From Candidatus Moraniibacteriota bacterium (GTDB taxonomy: Bacteria > Patescibacteriota > Minisyncoccia > Moranbacterales > UBA9337), in NCBI GenBank assembly GCA_026985555.1, contig JALSQF010000010.1, forward strand, positions 26,112 to 90,111: a DNA stretch of 64,000 bases, in the 5' to 3' direction. Under the pieces are notes generated by a model. The model had not been told where the DNA came from. It searched no databases and saw nothing but the letters and a program-made list of their open reading frames with translations. Positions 20,863-32,281 of the stretch are shown here, in pieces. The position numbers were made by a program, and so were the translations under genes. Numbering within the stretch: position 1 is the stretch's first letter; every line of letters starts with the position of its first letter.

Positions 20863-20900
20863 ACCCTCTCTAAAAAATTTCTTTTAGAGAGGGTTTTTAT
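20863..20900 (+). terminator. Rho-independent terminator
   Basis: accctctctaaaa / ttttagagagggt, followed by ttttatt. Confidence 0.7.
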
Positions 20901-20984
20901 TATAAAATAATAATTTACAAGTTTTAATTGGAATTTAAAGGTTGATTGATTTAATTTTAATCTTATTTCAATAGAAAGAAAAAA

Positions 20985-22082
20985 TTATAATCCTACTTCT
21001 TTTAATTTTTTAGCAACTTGTTTTTGTTGTCTATTTAGTTTTTGAGGAATATCAACGATAATTTTTACTAAATGATTTCCTCTTCCTCGTCGTCCTAAAT
21101 GAGGAATACCTTTTCCACGAATACGAAATATTTCTCCAGAAGCAGTGCCAGCAGGAATTTTTATTTTTACAAATCCATCAATAGTTTCTACATTTATTTT
21201 ATCTCCTAAAATAGCTTGAGATATTTTAATGTGTTCTTCAGAAAGAATATCATCATTTTCTCTTTTAAATTTAGGATGATTTTTTATATGAACAGTAACG
21301 TATAAATCGCCAGCCGGAGCTCCTATTTCTCCAGCTTCACCTTGTCCTTGAATAGAAATAGTTTGACCATCGTGAATACCAGCAGGAATTTTTACTAAAA
21401 CAGTGGTTTCTTTTTTAATTCTTCCATCACCACCACAACGAGAACATTTTTGAGAATAAGTTTTTCCAGTGCCATGGCAGTAGGGACAAGTGGAAACCTG
21501 TTCAAAAACACCTAAAATAGTTCTAACTTGTTTTTTAATTTTTCCTTTTCCTCCACAATGTGGACAGGGAATAGTTTGACTTCCAGGCTCTCCTCCTGTT
21601 CCATGACAATGATCGCAAACAGTAGCTTTATAAAGTTTAATTTCTTTTTCTGTTCCACGCACCATTTCTTCAAAGGTGATATCAATATCAACTTGAATAT
21701 CATTTCCTCGTTGTCTAGTGTTTCTAGAACTTCTTTGATTTCCTCCAAAAATATCGGAAAATATATCCCCAAATTCTTCACTGCTAAAATTAAAATCATT
21801 AAAACCAAATCCACCTGAAAAACCTTCTGAAGAAAATCCTCCAAATCCATTAGCGCCACCGCCAGCTCCCTCAAATGTTTGACCAAATTGATCATATTGT
21901 TGTCGTTTCTGTTTGTCGGATAATATTTGGTAAGCTTCATTTATTTCTTTAAATTTGGTTTCATCTCCTCCTTTTTTATCAGGATGATATTTATGAGCTA
22001 GTTTGCGAAAAGCTTTTTTAATTTCTTCATCACTGGCATCTTTAGATACTCCTAAAATTTCATAATAATTTTTATTTTTCAT
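20985..22082 (-). CDS. dnaJ: Chaperone DnaJ
   Basis: J domain (YYEILGV...HPDK), G/F-rich linker and four CxxCxGxG zinc-finger repeats. Confidence 0.92.
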   Translation of the reverse strand: MKNKNYYEILGVSKDASDEEIKKAFRKLAHKYHPDKKGGDETKFKEINEAYQILSDKQKRQQYDQFGQTFEGAGGGANGFGGFSSEGFSGGFGFNDFNFSSEEFGDIFSDIFGGNQRSSRNTRQRGNDIQVDIDITFEEMVRGTEKEIKLYKATVCDHCHGTGGEPGSQTIPCPHCGGKGKIKKQVRTILGVFEQVSTCPYCHGTGKTYSQKCSRCGGDGRIKKETTVLVKIPAGIHDGQTISIQGQGEAGEIGAPAGDLYVTVHIKNHPKFKRENDDILSEEHIKISQAILGDKINVETIDGFVKIKIPAGTASGEIFRIRGKGIPHLGRRGRGNHLVKIIVDIPQKLNRQQKQVAKKLKEVGL

Positions 22083-22226
22083 AGTTTTATTTTAAAGTTA
22101 TCAATTTTATAAATTGTATTGTTATTTTTCAAAAAAATCATAGCACATAAAATAAAAATTAGCAATCCCATTAAGAGAGTGCTAATTGTTATTTTAATTT
22201 TATTAAAAAATATTTTTGAATTTAAA

Positions 22227-22490
22227 TTAAAGTTGTTTAATTTTTCTTTCAACTTGATGTAGCTCTTCTTGGAAATAATTTATCTCGTTGTCTATTTTTT
22301 TAATTAAGGCATTTTTATCTAAAATTTGAGTGTTTATTTCTTTGATTTGACGTTGTAATTGTTTTATTTCTATCAAAAGAGTTTCTTTTTTTCTTTCTTG
22401 CTTTTTTATCTCAGATTTTAATATAATACTTTGTCTCCAAAGATCCTTAGATTTTTTATTGTTATAAAAAGAATTGTTTTCTTCAGTCAT
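22227..22490 (-). CDS. Small coiled-coil protein, hypothetical
   Basis: 87 aa with heptad-like K/E/Q composition. Confidence 0.35.
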   Translation of the reverse strand: MTEENNSFYNNKKSKDLWRQSIILKSEIKKQERKKETLLIEIKQLQRQIKEINTQILDKNALIKKIDNEINYFQEELHQVERKIKQL

Positions 22491-22496
22491 ATTTTT

Positions 22497-22787
22497 TTAT
22501 TCCCAATGTTTATTAAAATTGTCTGGTAATTTTACAGCATCTTTCATTTTTTCTGCCGTTCTGCTACTTATGTATCCTCCTTGATGGGCCTTATTAATTA
22601 TTTCATTCATTTCTTTAGCTTCTAATCTTCCACTATTATCAATTTTGCGCGCTAAGTATTCTTTAGCATGAGAGGTTAGATGCAAATTTCCAAATTGTTT
22701 TTCAATTAAATCACGGGCGCTTTTACGCGAAAAAGAACGAGAAAAAGAAGAGGATCGTCTTCTAAAATTTAAGCGAGGAATAGACAT
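22497..22787 (-). CDS. Hypothetical protein
   Basis: 96 aa with a basic N-terminus, tightly coupled to the downstream ORF. Confidence 0.35.
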   Translation of the reverse strand: MSIPRLNFRRRSSSFSRSFSRKSARDLIEKQFGNLHLTSHAKEYLARKIDNSGRLEAKEMNEIINKAHQGGYISSRTAEKMKDAVKLPDNFNKHWE

Positions 22788-22960
22788 ATTTTTAACATTA
22801 TTTATTATTACAAAGATATTATTATTTTAGCACGATATTTTTAATGAGTAAATTAGGGACAATTATAGATTTGATCTTTTATTTTTAAATTTAATTTGTA
22901 AGGGTATTTAAATTAAATTATAATAATTTAATAAAGATTAGTTTAATATATTTATATAAT

Positions 22961-24970
22961 ATGTCTACAAAAAAAAATAATTATTTAATAACGGTAGTTC
23001 CTTTAGTAAAGATTCCTTTTTTGCGCAATCAATCTTTTTTTTATAGTCATTCTAAGAATTTAAAAGAAGGGACGTTAGTTAAGATCTCGTTTGGAAAAAG
23101 AAATCTTAAGGGAATAGTTTTAAAATCTCAAAAAGATTTTCCGCGAAAGGGTAATTTGCACATTAAACAAATTAAAGAAGTAGAAGAAGAGAATTTTCTT
23201 TCTACGGAACAAATTAAATTAGCTAAAAAAGTTGCAGAATATTATTTAGTTTCTTTAGGGTTAATTTTAAAAACCATTGTTCCTAGTAGAACAAAAGAAA
23301 GGAAAAATTTATCTCAAAAAATGAAAACATTGTCTTCCAATAAATTACTTCTTAATAATTCTCAATTAAAAACAGCGAAAAAAATTTTAAACTCTAAAAA
23401 TCAATTACCTTTTTTGCTGTTTGCTCCAGCTTCTTCTGGTAAAACCAATCTTTATATTTATTTAATTCAAAAGTTTATTCAAAAAAATAAACAAATACTT
23501 ATTTTAGTGCCAGAATTAACCATTCTTATTCAAGACAAGGAACGTTATCAAAAATATTTTCCTCAGGAAGAAATAGGGATATTGCATGGCAAAATAAGTA
23601 AGGGAAAAATTTTTTCTTTTTGGCAAAAAATTAAGCAAGGAAAAATAAAAATTATTTTAGGAACTCGTCAAGCCGTTTGGGCGCCTTTTAAAAAATTAGG
23701 ATTAATTATAATAGATGAAGAACAAGATATTTCTTTTAAACAATGGGATATGAATCCACGTTATGATGCGCGTCAGGTGGCTTTAATTTTAAGCAATATT
23801 TATAAAGCAAAAGTGGTATTAGGAAGCGCTACTCCTCGCATAGAAGATTATTATTTAACTCAAAAAAAATTTTATCAGTTGATAACTTTGCCTAAATTAA
23901 GAAAAAAAAAGACAGAAACCATTATAGTAGATATGAGAAAAGAGTATTATCAAAAAGGTAAAAAACAGAAGACCATTTCTGTTTTTTCTCAAACCTTAAA
24001 AGATGAAATTAGTTATTATTTAAAACAGAAACAACAAATAATGCTTTTAATTAATCGTCAAGGAATGAGTGCTTTTTCTGTTTGCAATAATTGTGGAAGT
24101 GTTTTGCGTTGTCCACGTTGTGAAAGAGCTTTGGTTTATCAAAAAGAAGGAAATTATCAATGTTTACATTGCAACTATCAAACAGATATTTTTCCTGTTT
24201 GTTCTCAATGTCAAGGAGTTAATTTCCATAATTATGGCATAGGAACGCAAAAAATAGAAAAGGAAATTAAAAAAATTTTTCCTTCGGCTAAAATAAAGAG
24301 GGTAGATAATCAAACAATGAAATCTTCTATTAAAAGCCAAGAAGAATTGTGGAAAGATTTTTCTCAAAAAAAAGTTGATATTTTAATTGGCACTCAGATG
24401 ATTACTAAGGCATGGGATCTTTCTTCAATAGGATTAATAGGAATTATTGATACGGATAGTCTTTTTGATTGGCCAGATTTTTTTACCAACGAAAGAGCTT
24501 TTAGTTTTATTTCTCAGGCTAAAGGAAGATTAAATCGTTTAGGTAATCAAATTTCAGGAAAAATTATTTTGCAAACTTTTCATCCTGAAGAAGAAATTTT
24601 AAAGTGGATTAAAGAAGATAATTATTTAAAATTTTATAAGGAAGAAATAGAAGATAGGCAAAAATTATTTTTTCCTCCTTTTAGCCAAATAATTAAACTT
24701 GTTTATCAAAACAAAATACCTCAGAAAGTAAACGAAAAAACAGAAAAAATTTATCAGCAACTTAAAAAAAATCTAGCTGAAAAAGAAAAGGAAACATTTC
24801 GTTTAATTCCTCCTTTTGATCCTTTAGTGTCTAAAATAAGAGGTCGCTGGAGAAAACAAATAATTTTGCAAATTCCTAAAAACGAAAAAATACCTTTTTT
24901 TTGGAAAAAAATAATTAGTAGTCTGGATTCAGCTTGGATAGTGGATGTTGATCCTGTTAATTTAAGCTAA
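22961..24970 (+). CDS. priA: Primosomal protein N' (PriA helicase)
   Basis: Helicase core with a degenerate Walker A (SSGKT), DEEQD box and the PriA-specific Cys-rich insert CNNCGSVLRCPRCERAL...CLHC...CSQC. Confidence 0.8.
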   Translation: MSTKKNNYLITVVPLVKIPFLRNQSFFYSHSKNLKEGTLVKISFGKRNLKGIVLKSQKDFPRKGNLHIKQIKEVEEENFLSTEQIKLAKKVAEYYLVSLGLILKTIVPSRTKERKNLSQKMKTLSSNKLLLNNSQLKTAKKILNSKNQLPFLLFAPASSGKTNLYIYLIQKFIQKNKQILILVPELTILIQDKERYQKYFPQEEIGILHGKISKGKIFSFWQKIKQGKIKIILGTRQAVWAPFKKLGLIIIDEEQDISFKQWDMNPRYDARQVALILSNIYKAKVVLGSATPRIEDYYLTQKKFYQLITLPKLRKKKTETIIVDMRKEYYQKGKKQKTISVFSQTLKDEISYYLKQKQQIMLLINRQGMSAFSVCNNCGSVLRCPRCERALVYQKEGNYQCLHCNYQTDIFPVCSQCQGVNFHNYGIGTQKIEKEIKKIFPSAKIKRVDNQTMKSSIKSQEELWKDFSQKKVDILIGTQMITKAWDLSSIGLIGIIDTDSLFDWPDFFTNERAFSFISQAKGRLNRLGNQISGKIILQTFHPEEEILKWIKEDNYLKFYKEEIEDRQKLFFPPFSQIIKLVYQNKIPQKVNEKTEKIYQQLKKNLAEKEKETFRLIPPFDPLVSKIRGRWRKQIILQIPKNEKIPFFWKKIISSLDSAWIVDVDPVNLS

Positions 24971-25073
24971 TGATTAATGAATTGACAAGTAGCAAAAAGT
25001 AGGATATACTAAAAAAGTTATTAGTATAAATAAAACTTATTTGATCTAAATAAATTTGTTTTAAGCATTTAAA

Positions 25074-25712
25074 ATGTCAAATGCAAGTGATAATAATTTG
25101 AAAAATAATAATGAATATACGGTCGCTACTTTTCTTTGGGAAATGGTGAAATTGTTTTTTTTGGCTCTGGTTATTATTGTACCCATTCGTCTTTTTTTGT
25201 TCCAACCATTTTTTGTAGAAGGTAGTAGCATGCGTCCTAATTTTACAGATGGAGATTATCTGATAGTCAATGAGATAGGATATAAAACAACTGCTTTAAA
25301 TATTTCGGGAAGAAATATTTTTACTGTGAAATCATTTAGGAACTTAAAGAGAGATGATGTAGTTGTTTTTCGTTATCCACGTGATCCATCTAAATTTTTC
25401 ATTAAAAGAATAATTGGATTGCCAGGAGAAACAGTAAAAATTAAGAATGGTTTTGTTTATATTTACAATAACGCTCACCCAGAAGGAATAAAACTAGATG
25501 AAAAATCTTATTTAAGCAATAAGGTAAAAACAGTAGATAGAGGAAAAGATACATTTATTTTAAAAAACAATGAATATTTTGTTTTAGGTGATAATAGAAA
25601 TGGAAGTTCTGATTCGCGAGTTTGGGGTCCAGTAAAAAAGAAATATATAGTAGGAAAAGTAATAATTAGAGCTTGGCCAATAAATAATTTTAAAGTATTT
25701 ACTGGTTTTTAA
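25074..25712 (+). CDS. lepB: Signal peptidase I
   Basis: S26 motifs GSSMRPNF, GDNRNGSSDSR and RIIGLPGE; N-terminal TM. Confidence 0.85.
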   Translation: MSNASDNNLKNNNEYTVATFLWEMVKLFFLALVIIVPIRLFLFQPFFVEGSSMRPNFTDGDYLIVNEIGYKTTALNISGRNIFTVKSFRNLKRDDVVVFRYPRDPSKFFIKRIIGLPGETVKIKNGFVYIYNNAHPEGIKLDEKSYLSNKVKTVDRGKDTFILKNNEYFVLGDNRNGSSDSRVWGPVKKKYIVGKVIIRAWPINNFKVFTGF

Positions 25713-25798
25713 TTTTTTTAAAAAATGTTATAAAGATTTATTTTACGATAAATCTGATGTTTATTTTTTAATGTCAGTGTTTTATCGCTTTACTATTT

Positions 25799-27397
25799 AT
25801 GCCTAGGAAAAAGAAAGCTACTAAAACTAAAAAAACAACGTCAACTCAAAGAAAAAAAAGAAAGTTAACAAAAAAGAGACCTAAAAAAAATCAAAAGAAA
25901 ACATTAAAAAAACAGCAAAGAAAAAGAACTACTCAAAAAAAAACAACCAAAACAAAAACGAAGCAATTAAAAAGAAAATCTAAAGCTAGCAAAAAACAAA
26001 GTCAAAAAAAGGAAATTAAACGGAAAAAACAATCAGGAAAAAAGAAGTTATATTCTTCCAAGAAAGCTAAAAAAATTAAAATAGAAGAAGCTATTTTGCT
26101 GCAACCTCCTAGAGGAATGAGAGATATTTTACCTGGAGAACAATCTTATTGGAATAAGGTCAGAAAGGTTTTAGAAAAAGTTTATCAAGATTATGGTTTT
26201 CAAAGAATTGATTTGCCTTTGTTAGAATATGAAAAGTTATTTATTCGTTCTTTAGGAACAGGAACAGATGTAATTGAGAAAGAAATTTATTCTTTTACTA
26301 CTAAGGGTAAAGATAGAGTTGCTTTAAGGCCAGAATTTACAGCAGGGATTGCTCGCGCTTATATTCAACATGGTATGAATGTATTGCCAAAACCAGTAAA
26401 ATTATTTTCTATGGGAACCGCTTATCGTTATGATCGTCCTCAAGATGGTCGCTACAGAGAATTTTATCAGGCTAATTTTGATATTTTAGGAGAAGAAGAT
26501 CCTATTTTAGATGCGCAATTAATTCAATTAGCTGCTAGAGTAGTAAAGGCCTTAGGAATTAAAAATATTCAATTTCAAATAAATAGTATTGGTTGTCAAG
26601 AATGCAGGGTTGATTACTTGGATCTCTTAAAAAGCTACTTTGAATCTAAAAAGCATAAATTGTGTCAAAATTGTAAAAAAAGACTTAAAACCAATCCTTT
26701 ACGAATTTTAGATTGCAAAGAAGATAAATGTATGCAAGTTTCAGCTAATGCTCCTAAAACTGTAGATCACTTATGTGATAGTTGTCATACTCATTTTAAA
26801 AATCTTTTAGAATATTTGGATGAATTGGGTGTTTCTTATGTAATTAATTCTAATTTAGTAAGGGGATTAGATTATTATACTAAGACTGTTTTTGAAATTT
26901 GGTCATTAAGAGAAAGTGGTAAGCGAGCTTTAGGTGGAGGTGGTCGTTATGATATGCTAATAGAAAATATAGGAGGAGAACCTACTCCGGCTATTGGTTT
27001 TGCTTTAGGTTTGGATAGAGTAGTTTTGGAAATGAAAAAAAACAAAATAAAAGGTTATCAAGAACCACGTCCAAAAGTTTTTTTAGCTCAATTAGGAAAT
27101 TTGGCTAAAAAGAAAAGTTTAAAAATATTTTCTAATTTAGAAAAAAGTGGTATCTTAGTAGCAGAAAGTTTTGGACGAGGAAGTTTACGTTCACAAATGC
27201 GTGCCGCTGATCGTTTAAATGTTGATGTTACTATTATTATTGGGCAAAAAGAAGCTTTAGATGGGACAGCTATTATTAAAAATATGTCAACAGGTACTCA
27301 AGAAATAATAACTCAAGAAAAGATGGTAGAAATGGTAAAGAAAATATTAAAAAATAATAAACCTAAAATTTTTTCTCAAAAGAAAAAGAGAAAATAA
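25799..27397 (+). CDS. hisS: Histidine--tRNA ligase with a lysine-rich N-terminal extension of about 100 aa
   Basis: Class II aaRS motifs (RGMRDILPGE, FQRIDLP..., GGGGRYD) and a C-terminal anticodon-binding domain. Confidence 0.9.
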   Translation: MPRKKKATKTKKTTSTQRKKRKLTKKRPKKNQKKTLKKQQRKRTTQKKTTKTKTKQLKRKSKASKKQSQKKEIKRKKQSGKKKLYSSKKAKKIKIEEAILLQPPRGMRDILPGEQSYWNKVRKVLEKVYQDYGFQRIDLPLLEYEKLFIRSLGTGTDVIEKEIYSFTTKGKDRVALRPEFTAGIARAYIQHGMNVLPKPVKLFSMGTAYRYDRPQDGRYREFYQANFDILGEEDPILDAQLIQLAARVVKALGIKNIQFQINSIGCQECRVDYLDLLKSYFESKKHKLCQNCKKRLKTNPLRILDCKEDKCMQVSANAPKTVDHLCDSCHTHFKNLLEYLDELGVSYVINSNLVRGLDYYTKTVFEIWSLRESGKRALGGGGRYDMLIENIGGEPTPAIGFALGLDRVVLEMKKNKIKGYQEPRPKVFLAQLGNLAKKKSLKIFSNLEKSGILVAESFGRGSLRSQMRAADRLNVDVTIIIGQKEALDGTAIIKNMSTGTQEIITQEKMVEMVKKILKNNKPKIFSQKKKRK

Positions 27398-27417
27398 TTA
27401 AATAATAATAAGAAAAT

Positions 27418-27822
27418 ATGTTAAATGAAAATGAAAACAATAAAAGTAATCAAGAAAATAATGATAACTGTGTTTTTTGTAAAATAGTTCAAAAAGAACT
27501 TCCAGCTGAAATAGTTTTTGAAAATAAAAACATTTTAGTTTTTAAAGACATCCATCCTATAGCTCCAATACATCTATTAATTATCCCTAAAAAACACATT
27601 AAAAGTCTTAATGAACTTACAGAAAAAGATCAACAATTAGTTGGGGAAATGATTATAGTGGGAAAGAATCTTGCTCATGACTTGAAAATTTCTGAAAAAG
27701 GTTATAAAATATTATTTCGTATTGGCGAGGATGGTGGACAAGAAGTTCCTCACTTACATCTTCATCTGATCGGAGGAGCTCCTTTATACGAAGAAATTAG
27801 ACCATTAAATAATTCTGTTTAA
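27418..27822 (+). CDS. HIT-family (histidine triad) hydrolase
   Basis: HLHLHLIGG histidine-triad motif and an N-terminal CxxC. Confidence 0.8.
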   Translation: MLNENENNKSNQENNDNCVFCKIVQKELPAEIVFENKNILVFKDIHPIAPIHLLIIPKKHIKSLNELTEKDQQLVGEMIIVGKNLAHDLKISEKGYKILFRIGEDGGQEVPHLHLHLIGGAPLYEEIRPLNNSV

Positions 27823-27881
27823 TTTTTTAGTTTAAATTTTAATTTATTTATAATTATATTATTTAGAAGGGAGGGATTATT

Positions 27882-28136
27882 ATGATTGAAGTAAAAAAGA
27901 AAGAAAAGGAAACTAATGAAAGTCTTATTAGGCGTTTTTCTCGTAGAGTTCAACAAAGCGGTATTTTAATGAATGCTCGTAAAGCGCGTTTTCAAGAAAG
28001 AAAAAAGAGTAAAAAACAACAAAGAGAAGAAGCTTTATATAAAATTAAAATTAGAAAAGAAATAGAAAAACTAAAAAAACTAGATAAGTTTGACGAAGAA
28101 GCGCTCAAAGCTATTAAGAAAAAAATTGATAATTAA
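27882..28136 (+). CDS. rpsU: 30S ribosomal protein S21
   Basis: ESLIRRFSRRVQQSGIL...ARKARFQE; RBS gaagggagggattattATG. Confidence 0.8.
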   Translation: MIEVKKKEKETNESLIRRFSRRVQQSGILMNARKARFQERKKSKKQQREEALYKIKIRKEIEKLKKLDKFDEEALKAIKKKIDN

Positions 28137-28157
28137 TTTTAGATTTAAATTTAAAAC

Positions 28158-28613
28158 ATGCTAGCTTTAAAAGAAAAAATTAAAACTGATTTAATAAAAG
28201 CAATTAAAAGTGGAGACAAAGAGAAAAGAAATGTTTTGCGTGAGTTAAATAGTCAAATTAAAAATTTAGAAATTGAAAAAAAGAAAAGAGAAGAAGGATT
28301 ATCAGAAGAAGAAATTATTAGTATTCTAACGCGTTTAGTCAAGCAACATAAAGAGAGCATAAAACAATATTCTGAGGGAAAAAGAGATGATTTAGTAGTG
28401 CAGGAAGAGAAAGAATTAAAAATAATTCAAAGCTATTTGCCACAACCATTGACGGAAAAAGAAATCCTTGATGAAATAAAAGATGCTATAAAAAAAGTTG
28501 ATGCTCAAGGTCCTCAAGATTTAGGTAGAGTAATGTCTTTAGTTATGGGAAAAAATAAGGGTAGGGTGGATGGAAACCAAGTTCGTGAATTATTTTTAAA
28601 TTATTGGAAATAA
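28158..28613 (+). CDS. GatB/YqeY-domain protein
   Basis: 151 aa with YqeY-like helical composition and a conserved C-terminal block. Confidence 0.6.
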   Translation: MLALKEKIKTDLIKAIKSGDKEKRNVLRELNSQIKNLEIEKKKREEGLSEEEIISILTRLVKQHKESIKQYSEGKRDDLVVQEEKELKIIQSYLPQPLTEKEILDEIKDAIKKVDAQGPQDLGRVMSLVMGKNKGRVDGNQVRELFLNYWK

Positions 28614-28640
28614 TTTTTTATTGTTAATTATTAATTATTA

Positions 28641-29123
28641 ATGGATATTAATTTAGAGATAAATAGAAGAGTTAAGTGCTGGAAAGAAAATGTTTTTTTT
28701 AAAAAAATAGCTCAATTAACAATTCAAAATGTTTTTGATTGTAATGAAAATGAAGAAGATAATCTAGTAGAAATTAGTGTAGCTTTAGTTTCCAAAAAAG
28801 AAATAAAAAAAATAAATTGGAACTGGAGAGGTGTAAATAACTCTACAGACGTGCTCTCTTTTGCTGAAAGAGAAGTTAAAATAAAAAAAACAATTTCTCA
28901 AAAAAATCAGCGACCTAAAGCAAACAAGCAAGAATACTTAGGTGAAATTATTTTATGTTGTGATTTTATTGCAGAATCTGCTATAATGAAGAAGCGGAAT
29001 AAGGAAAAAGAATTAGCCGAAGTTTTTTCTCATGGTATATTGCATTTATTAGGATTAAGTCATGGCAAAAAGATGTTTGATATTCAAAAAAAAGTATGTC
29101 AAAAAATAAGCGGTTTAAAATAA
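28641..29123 (+). CDS. ybeY: Endoribonuclease YbeY (rRNA maturation)
   Basis: HGILHLLGLSH zinc-binding motif; ybeY-dgkA adjacency. Confidence 0.85.
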   Translation: MDINLEINRRVKCWKENVFFKKIAQLTIQNVFDCNENEEDNLVEISVALVSKKEIKKINWNWRGVNNSTDVLSFAEREVKIKKTISQKNQRPKANKQEYLGEIILCCDFIAESAIMKKRNKEKELAEVFSHGILHLLGLSHGKKMFDIQKKVCQKISGLK

Positions 29124-29491
29124 AAAAAAATTCAATTAGTCAATTTGCTAGTAGCTTAAATTATGCCTGGAGTGGTTTGAAATATGCCTTTAAGCACGAG
29201 AGAAATTTTAGAATAGAAATCATGCTGACCAGTTTAGTAATTTTTTTAATGTTATATTTTTCTTTAAAAAGTTGGGAAATAATAATTTTATTTTTAATGA
29301 TAGTGTGGGTTATTACAGTGGAATTAATAAATACAGTTTTGGAGAGAGTGGTAGATATTCTTAAACCAAGATTTCATCCTTATGCAAAATTAATTAAAGA
29401 TATTATGGCCGCAGTGGTGTTAATTTCAGCTTTAGCAGCTTTAGTTGTAGCTATTATTATATTTTTACCACATATAAAATCTCTTTTTTAA
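29096..29491 (+). CDS. dgkA: Diacylglycerol/undecaprenol kinase (DgkA family)
   Basis: Three TM helices, a prokaryotic DAGK signature (ELINTVLERVVD), and an overlap with ybeY. Confidence 0.7.
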   Translation: MSKNKRFKIKKNSISQFASSLNYAWSGLKYAFKHERNFRIEIMLTSLVIFLMLYFSLKSWEIIILFLMIVWVITVELINTVLERVVDILKPRFHPYAKLIKDIMAAVVLISALAALVVAIIIFLPHIKSLF

Positions 29492-29499
29492 TATAATAT

Positions 29500-30753
29500 A
29501 TGAATAAAAAAAATATTATTGCTGGAATAGATATTGGAAGTTATGCTATTAAAACAGTTATTGCGCAAGCGCCTGCAGAAGAAAGCGTATGGCGTGTTTT
29601 AGGTGCTAGTTCAATTTTATCTAAAGGAGTAAGAAAAGGAGTGGTGGTAGATCCAGAAGAAACGGCTAAAGCAATAAAAGAATCGTTACAAATAGCGCAA
29701 CAGATGTCTGATATAAAGCCTAATAAATTTTGGGTGAGTGTTACTAGTCATAATATAGAAATGAGACAAGCAAAAGGAGTGGTAGCTATTGGTCGTTCTG
29801 ATGGAGAAGTAACTAAAAATGATTTAGAAAGAGTGTTGGAATCTTCACGTAACACCCTAAGTGTCTCTAATAGAGAAATTATTCATAGTTTTCCTAGCAG
29901 TTATCGTTTAGATGATCAGGAAAATATAAAAGATCCCTTAGGAATGAAAGGAGTTCGTTTAGAATTGCAAGCTATTTCTATAGAAGGACCAATTAATCAA
30001 ATTAAAAACTTAATTAAAAGCGTCCAACAGACTAAAATAGAACCCGATGGATTAGCGCTTAATTCCTTAGCTGCTTCAGAAGTTATTCTTGATAAACAGC
30101 AAAAAGAACTAGGAGTAGTTTTAATAGATATAGGAGCAACTACTACTTCTCTAATAATTTTTGAAGAAGGAGAAATAGTGTATATAGCTAGTATACCAAT
30201 AGGATCGGGACATATAACTAATGATATTGCCATAGGATTAAGAACATCAATAGAAACAGCCGAAAAAATTAAGTTAAAATATGGTAATGCTTTTAGTAAA
30301 GAAGTTAGCAAAAAAGAAGAAATAGATCTTTCAGAAGTTGATTCTAATGAATCAGAATCTGTTTCACGTTATCATGTATCGGAAATTATAGAAGCTCGTT
30401 TGGAAGAGATATTTGAATTAATTAATAAAGAACTAAAGAAAGCAGGCAAAGCTAGTCTTTTGCCAGCCGGTGCAGTACTTGTTGGCGGTGGTGCGCAACT
30501 ACCTCAAATAGTTGAATTTACTAAAGAAAAATTAAGATTACCAGTTCAATTAGGTTACCCACATAGTTTAGGAGGAGTTTTAGATAAAGTTGATGAAACA
30601 TCTTTTGCGGTGGCTTTAGGACTAATAATGTGGGGAAATAAAACGGAGGGAAAAATTGAAAATAGTCAAAATGTTTTTTGGGACAAAATATTAAATAGAG
30701 ATAATGAATTATGGAATAAATTAAAAGATTGGAGTAAAAAATTTTTGCCTTAA
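29500..30753 (+). CDS. ftsA: Cell division protein FtsA
   Basis: Actin-like ATPase fold (GIDIGS, DIGATTT, VGGGAQLP); immediately upstream of ftsZ. Confidence 0.88.
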   Translation: MNKKNIIAGIDIGSYAIKTVIAQAPAEESVWRVLGASSILSKGVRKGVVVDPEETAKAIKESLQIAQQMSDIKPNKFWVSVTSHNIEMRQAKGVVAIGRSDGEVTKNDLERVLESSRNTLSVSNREIIHSFPSSYRLDDQENIKDPLGMKGVRLELQAISIEGPINQIKNLIKSVQQTKIEPDGLALNSLAASEVILDKQQKELGVVLIDIGATTTSLIIFEEGEIVYIASIPIGSGHITNDIAIGLRTSIETAEKIKLKYGNAFSKEVSKKEEIDLSEVDSNESESVSRYHVSEIIEARLEEIFELINKELKKAGKASLLPAGAVLVGGGAQLPQIVEFTKEKLRLPVQLGYPHSLGGVLDKVDETSFAVALGLIMWGNKTEGKIENSQNVFWDKILNRDNELWNKLKDWSKKFLP

Positions 30754-30859
30754 TTTAAGGATAATAATTTAAAGTAACTTGACACTTTTTGAATAAGTAT
30801 GTTAGATTGAATTATTAGAAGTTTTTTATTTTAATTTATTTATTATTTGTTATAAAACT

Positions 30860-32104
30860 ATGGGAGAAATTAAACCAGAAATAGAAACATTTGCTCGTAT
30901 TAAAGTTGTAGGAGTAGGTGGATCAGGTAATAATGCTATTAGTAGAATGATAGAATCCAAAATAAAAGGAGTAGAATTTGTGGCTATCAATACAGATTCT
31001 CAAGCATTACATCATTCTAGAGCAGCAGAAAAAGTGCATATAGGAAAAAATTTGACTAAGGGATTAGGCGCTGGCATGAATCCAGAAATTGGAAGGCAAG
31101 CTGCTGAAGAAAACAGAGATGAAATTCAAGAAGTATTAAAAGGCGCAGATATGGTTTTTGTTACGTGTGGCTTAGGTGGCGGAACTGGAACAGGAGCGGC
31201 GCCAATTGTAGCTGAAACAGCTAAAGAATTAGGAGCTTTAACAGTAGCAGTAGTCACTAAACCGTTTACTTTTGAAGGAGCGCAAAGAAGAGCTATTGCA
31301 GAGGAAGGCTTAGAAATTTTAAAAGAAAGAGTAGATACTCTAATTACCATTCCTAACGACAAATTACTTTCTATTATTGATAAGAAAACTACTTTAATTA
31401 ATGCCTTTAAAATTGTAGATGATATTTTGAGACAAGGCGTGCAAGGTATTTCTGATTTAATTACTAAGCCGGGAATTGTTAATGTAGATTTTGCTGATGT
31501 AAGAGCTATTATGAGTGATAGTGGTTCTGCACTAATGGGAATAGGTATTGCGAGTGGAGAAAATAGGGCAGCGGAAGCAGCTAAAGCGGCTATTAATAGT
31601 CCTTTGCTAGAACTTTCTATAGATGGAGCGCATGGAGTTCTTTTTAATGTTTCAGGCTCTAGTGATTTAACTATGTTAGAAATAAACGAAGCAGCTAATA
31701 TTATTACAGAAAATGTTGATCCTAATGCTAAGGTGATTTTTGGAGCTGTTACCGATGAACAAATTAGAAAAGGAGAAATACATATTACGGTAGTAGCAAC
31801 AGGTTTTGATTTAAATGATTCTGATACATCTGTAGCTGATCAAATTTCTCGTTCTTCTTATTCTGGTTCCCAATCTCAAACATCTAAAGACAATAATCAG
31901 TTAGAGGGTAATTCTTTAGAAAAAAAAGAAGAGGAAAATTTAGCCAAAAAAAACAAGGTTACTTTTCCTTCTAAAAAATTAGAACCTAAAATGATTATTG
32001 AAGAAAAAGTGCAACCATCAAATATTTCCATACAGGAAGAAGATGAACTTGATGATAATGATTTAGAAATTCCCGCTTTTATTAGACGCAAAATGAATAA
32101 ATAA
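30860..32104 (+). CDS. ftsZ: Cell division protein FtsZ
   Basis: Tubulin signature [10 protein letters not shown], the NTD (Q)AL motif and a C-terminal variable tail. Confidence 0.95.
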   Translation: MGEIKPEIETFARIKVVGVGGSGNNAISRMIESKIKGVEFVAINTDSQALHHSRAAEKVHIGKNLTKGLGAGMNPEIGRQAAEENRDEIQEVLKGADMVFVTCGLGGGTGTGAAPIVAETAKELGALTVAVVTKPFTFEGAQRRAIAEEGLEILKERVDTLITIPNDKLLSIIDKKTTLINAFKIVDDILRQGVQGISDLITKPGIVNVDFADVRAIMSDSGSALMGIGIASGENRAAEAAKAAINSPLLELSIDGAHGVLFNVSGSSDLTMLEINEAANIITENVDPNAKVIFGAVTDEQIRKGEIHITVVATGFDLNDSDTSVADQISRSSYSGSQSQTSKDNNQLEGNSLEKKEEENLAKKNKVTFPSKKLEPKMIIEEKVQPSNISIQEEDELDDNDLEIPAFIRRKMNK

Positions 32105-32206
32105 GTTGTTAAAAAAGGTAAAGAATTTAATCTCTTGCCTTTTTTTATTTATTATATATAATAAATAAGTATTGTGATTAAATTTTTTTAATTTAATCAA
32201 CATTAT

Positions 32207-32281
32207 TCCGCGGTAGCTCAGTGGTAGAGCAGGTGGCTGTTAACCACTTGGTCGGGGGTTCGAATCCCTCCCGCGGAGCCA
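32207..32281 (+). tRNA. tRNA-Asn (anticodon GTT), CCA encoded
   Basis: Cloverleaf folded by hand: acceptor TCCGCGG/CCGCGGA, anticodon loop CTGTTAA, T-loop TTCGAAT, discriminator G. Confidence 0.85.

Noticed and set aside
32105-32206. Searched the ftsZ to tRNA-Asn spacer and the 37.3-37.6 kb region upstream of tuf for additional tRNAs or small RNAs (tuf is often preceded by tRNA genes).
   Set aside because: No cloverleaf-compatible segments or conserved ncRNA motifs (RNase P, SRP, tmRNA signatures) were recognisable.
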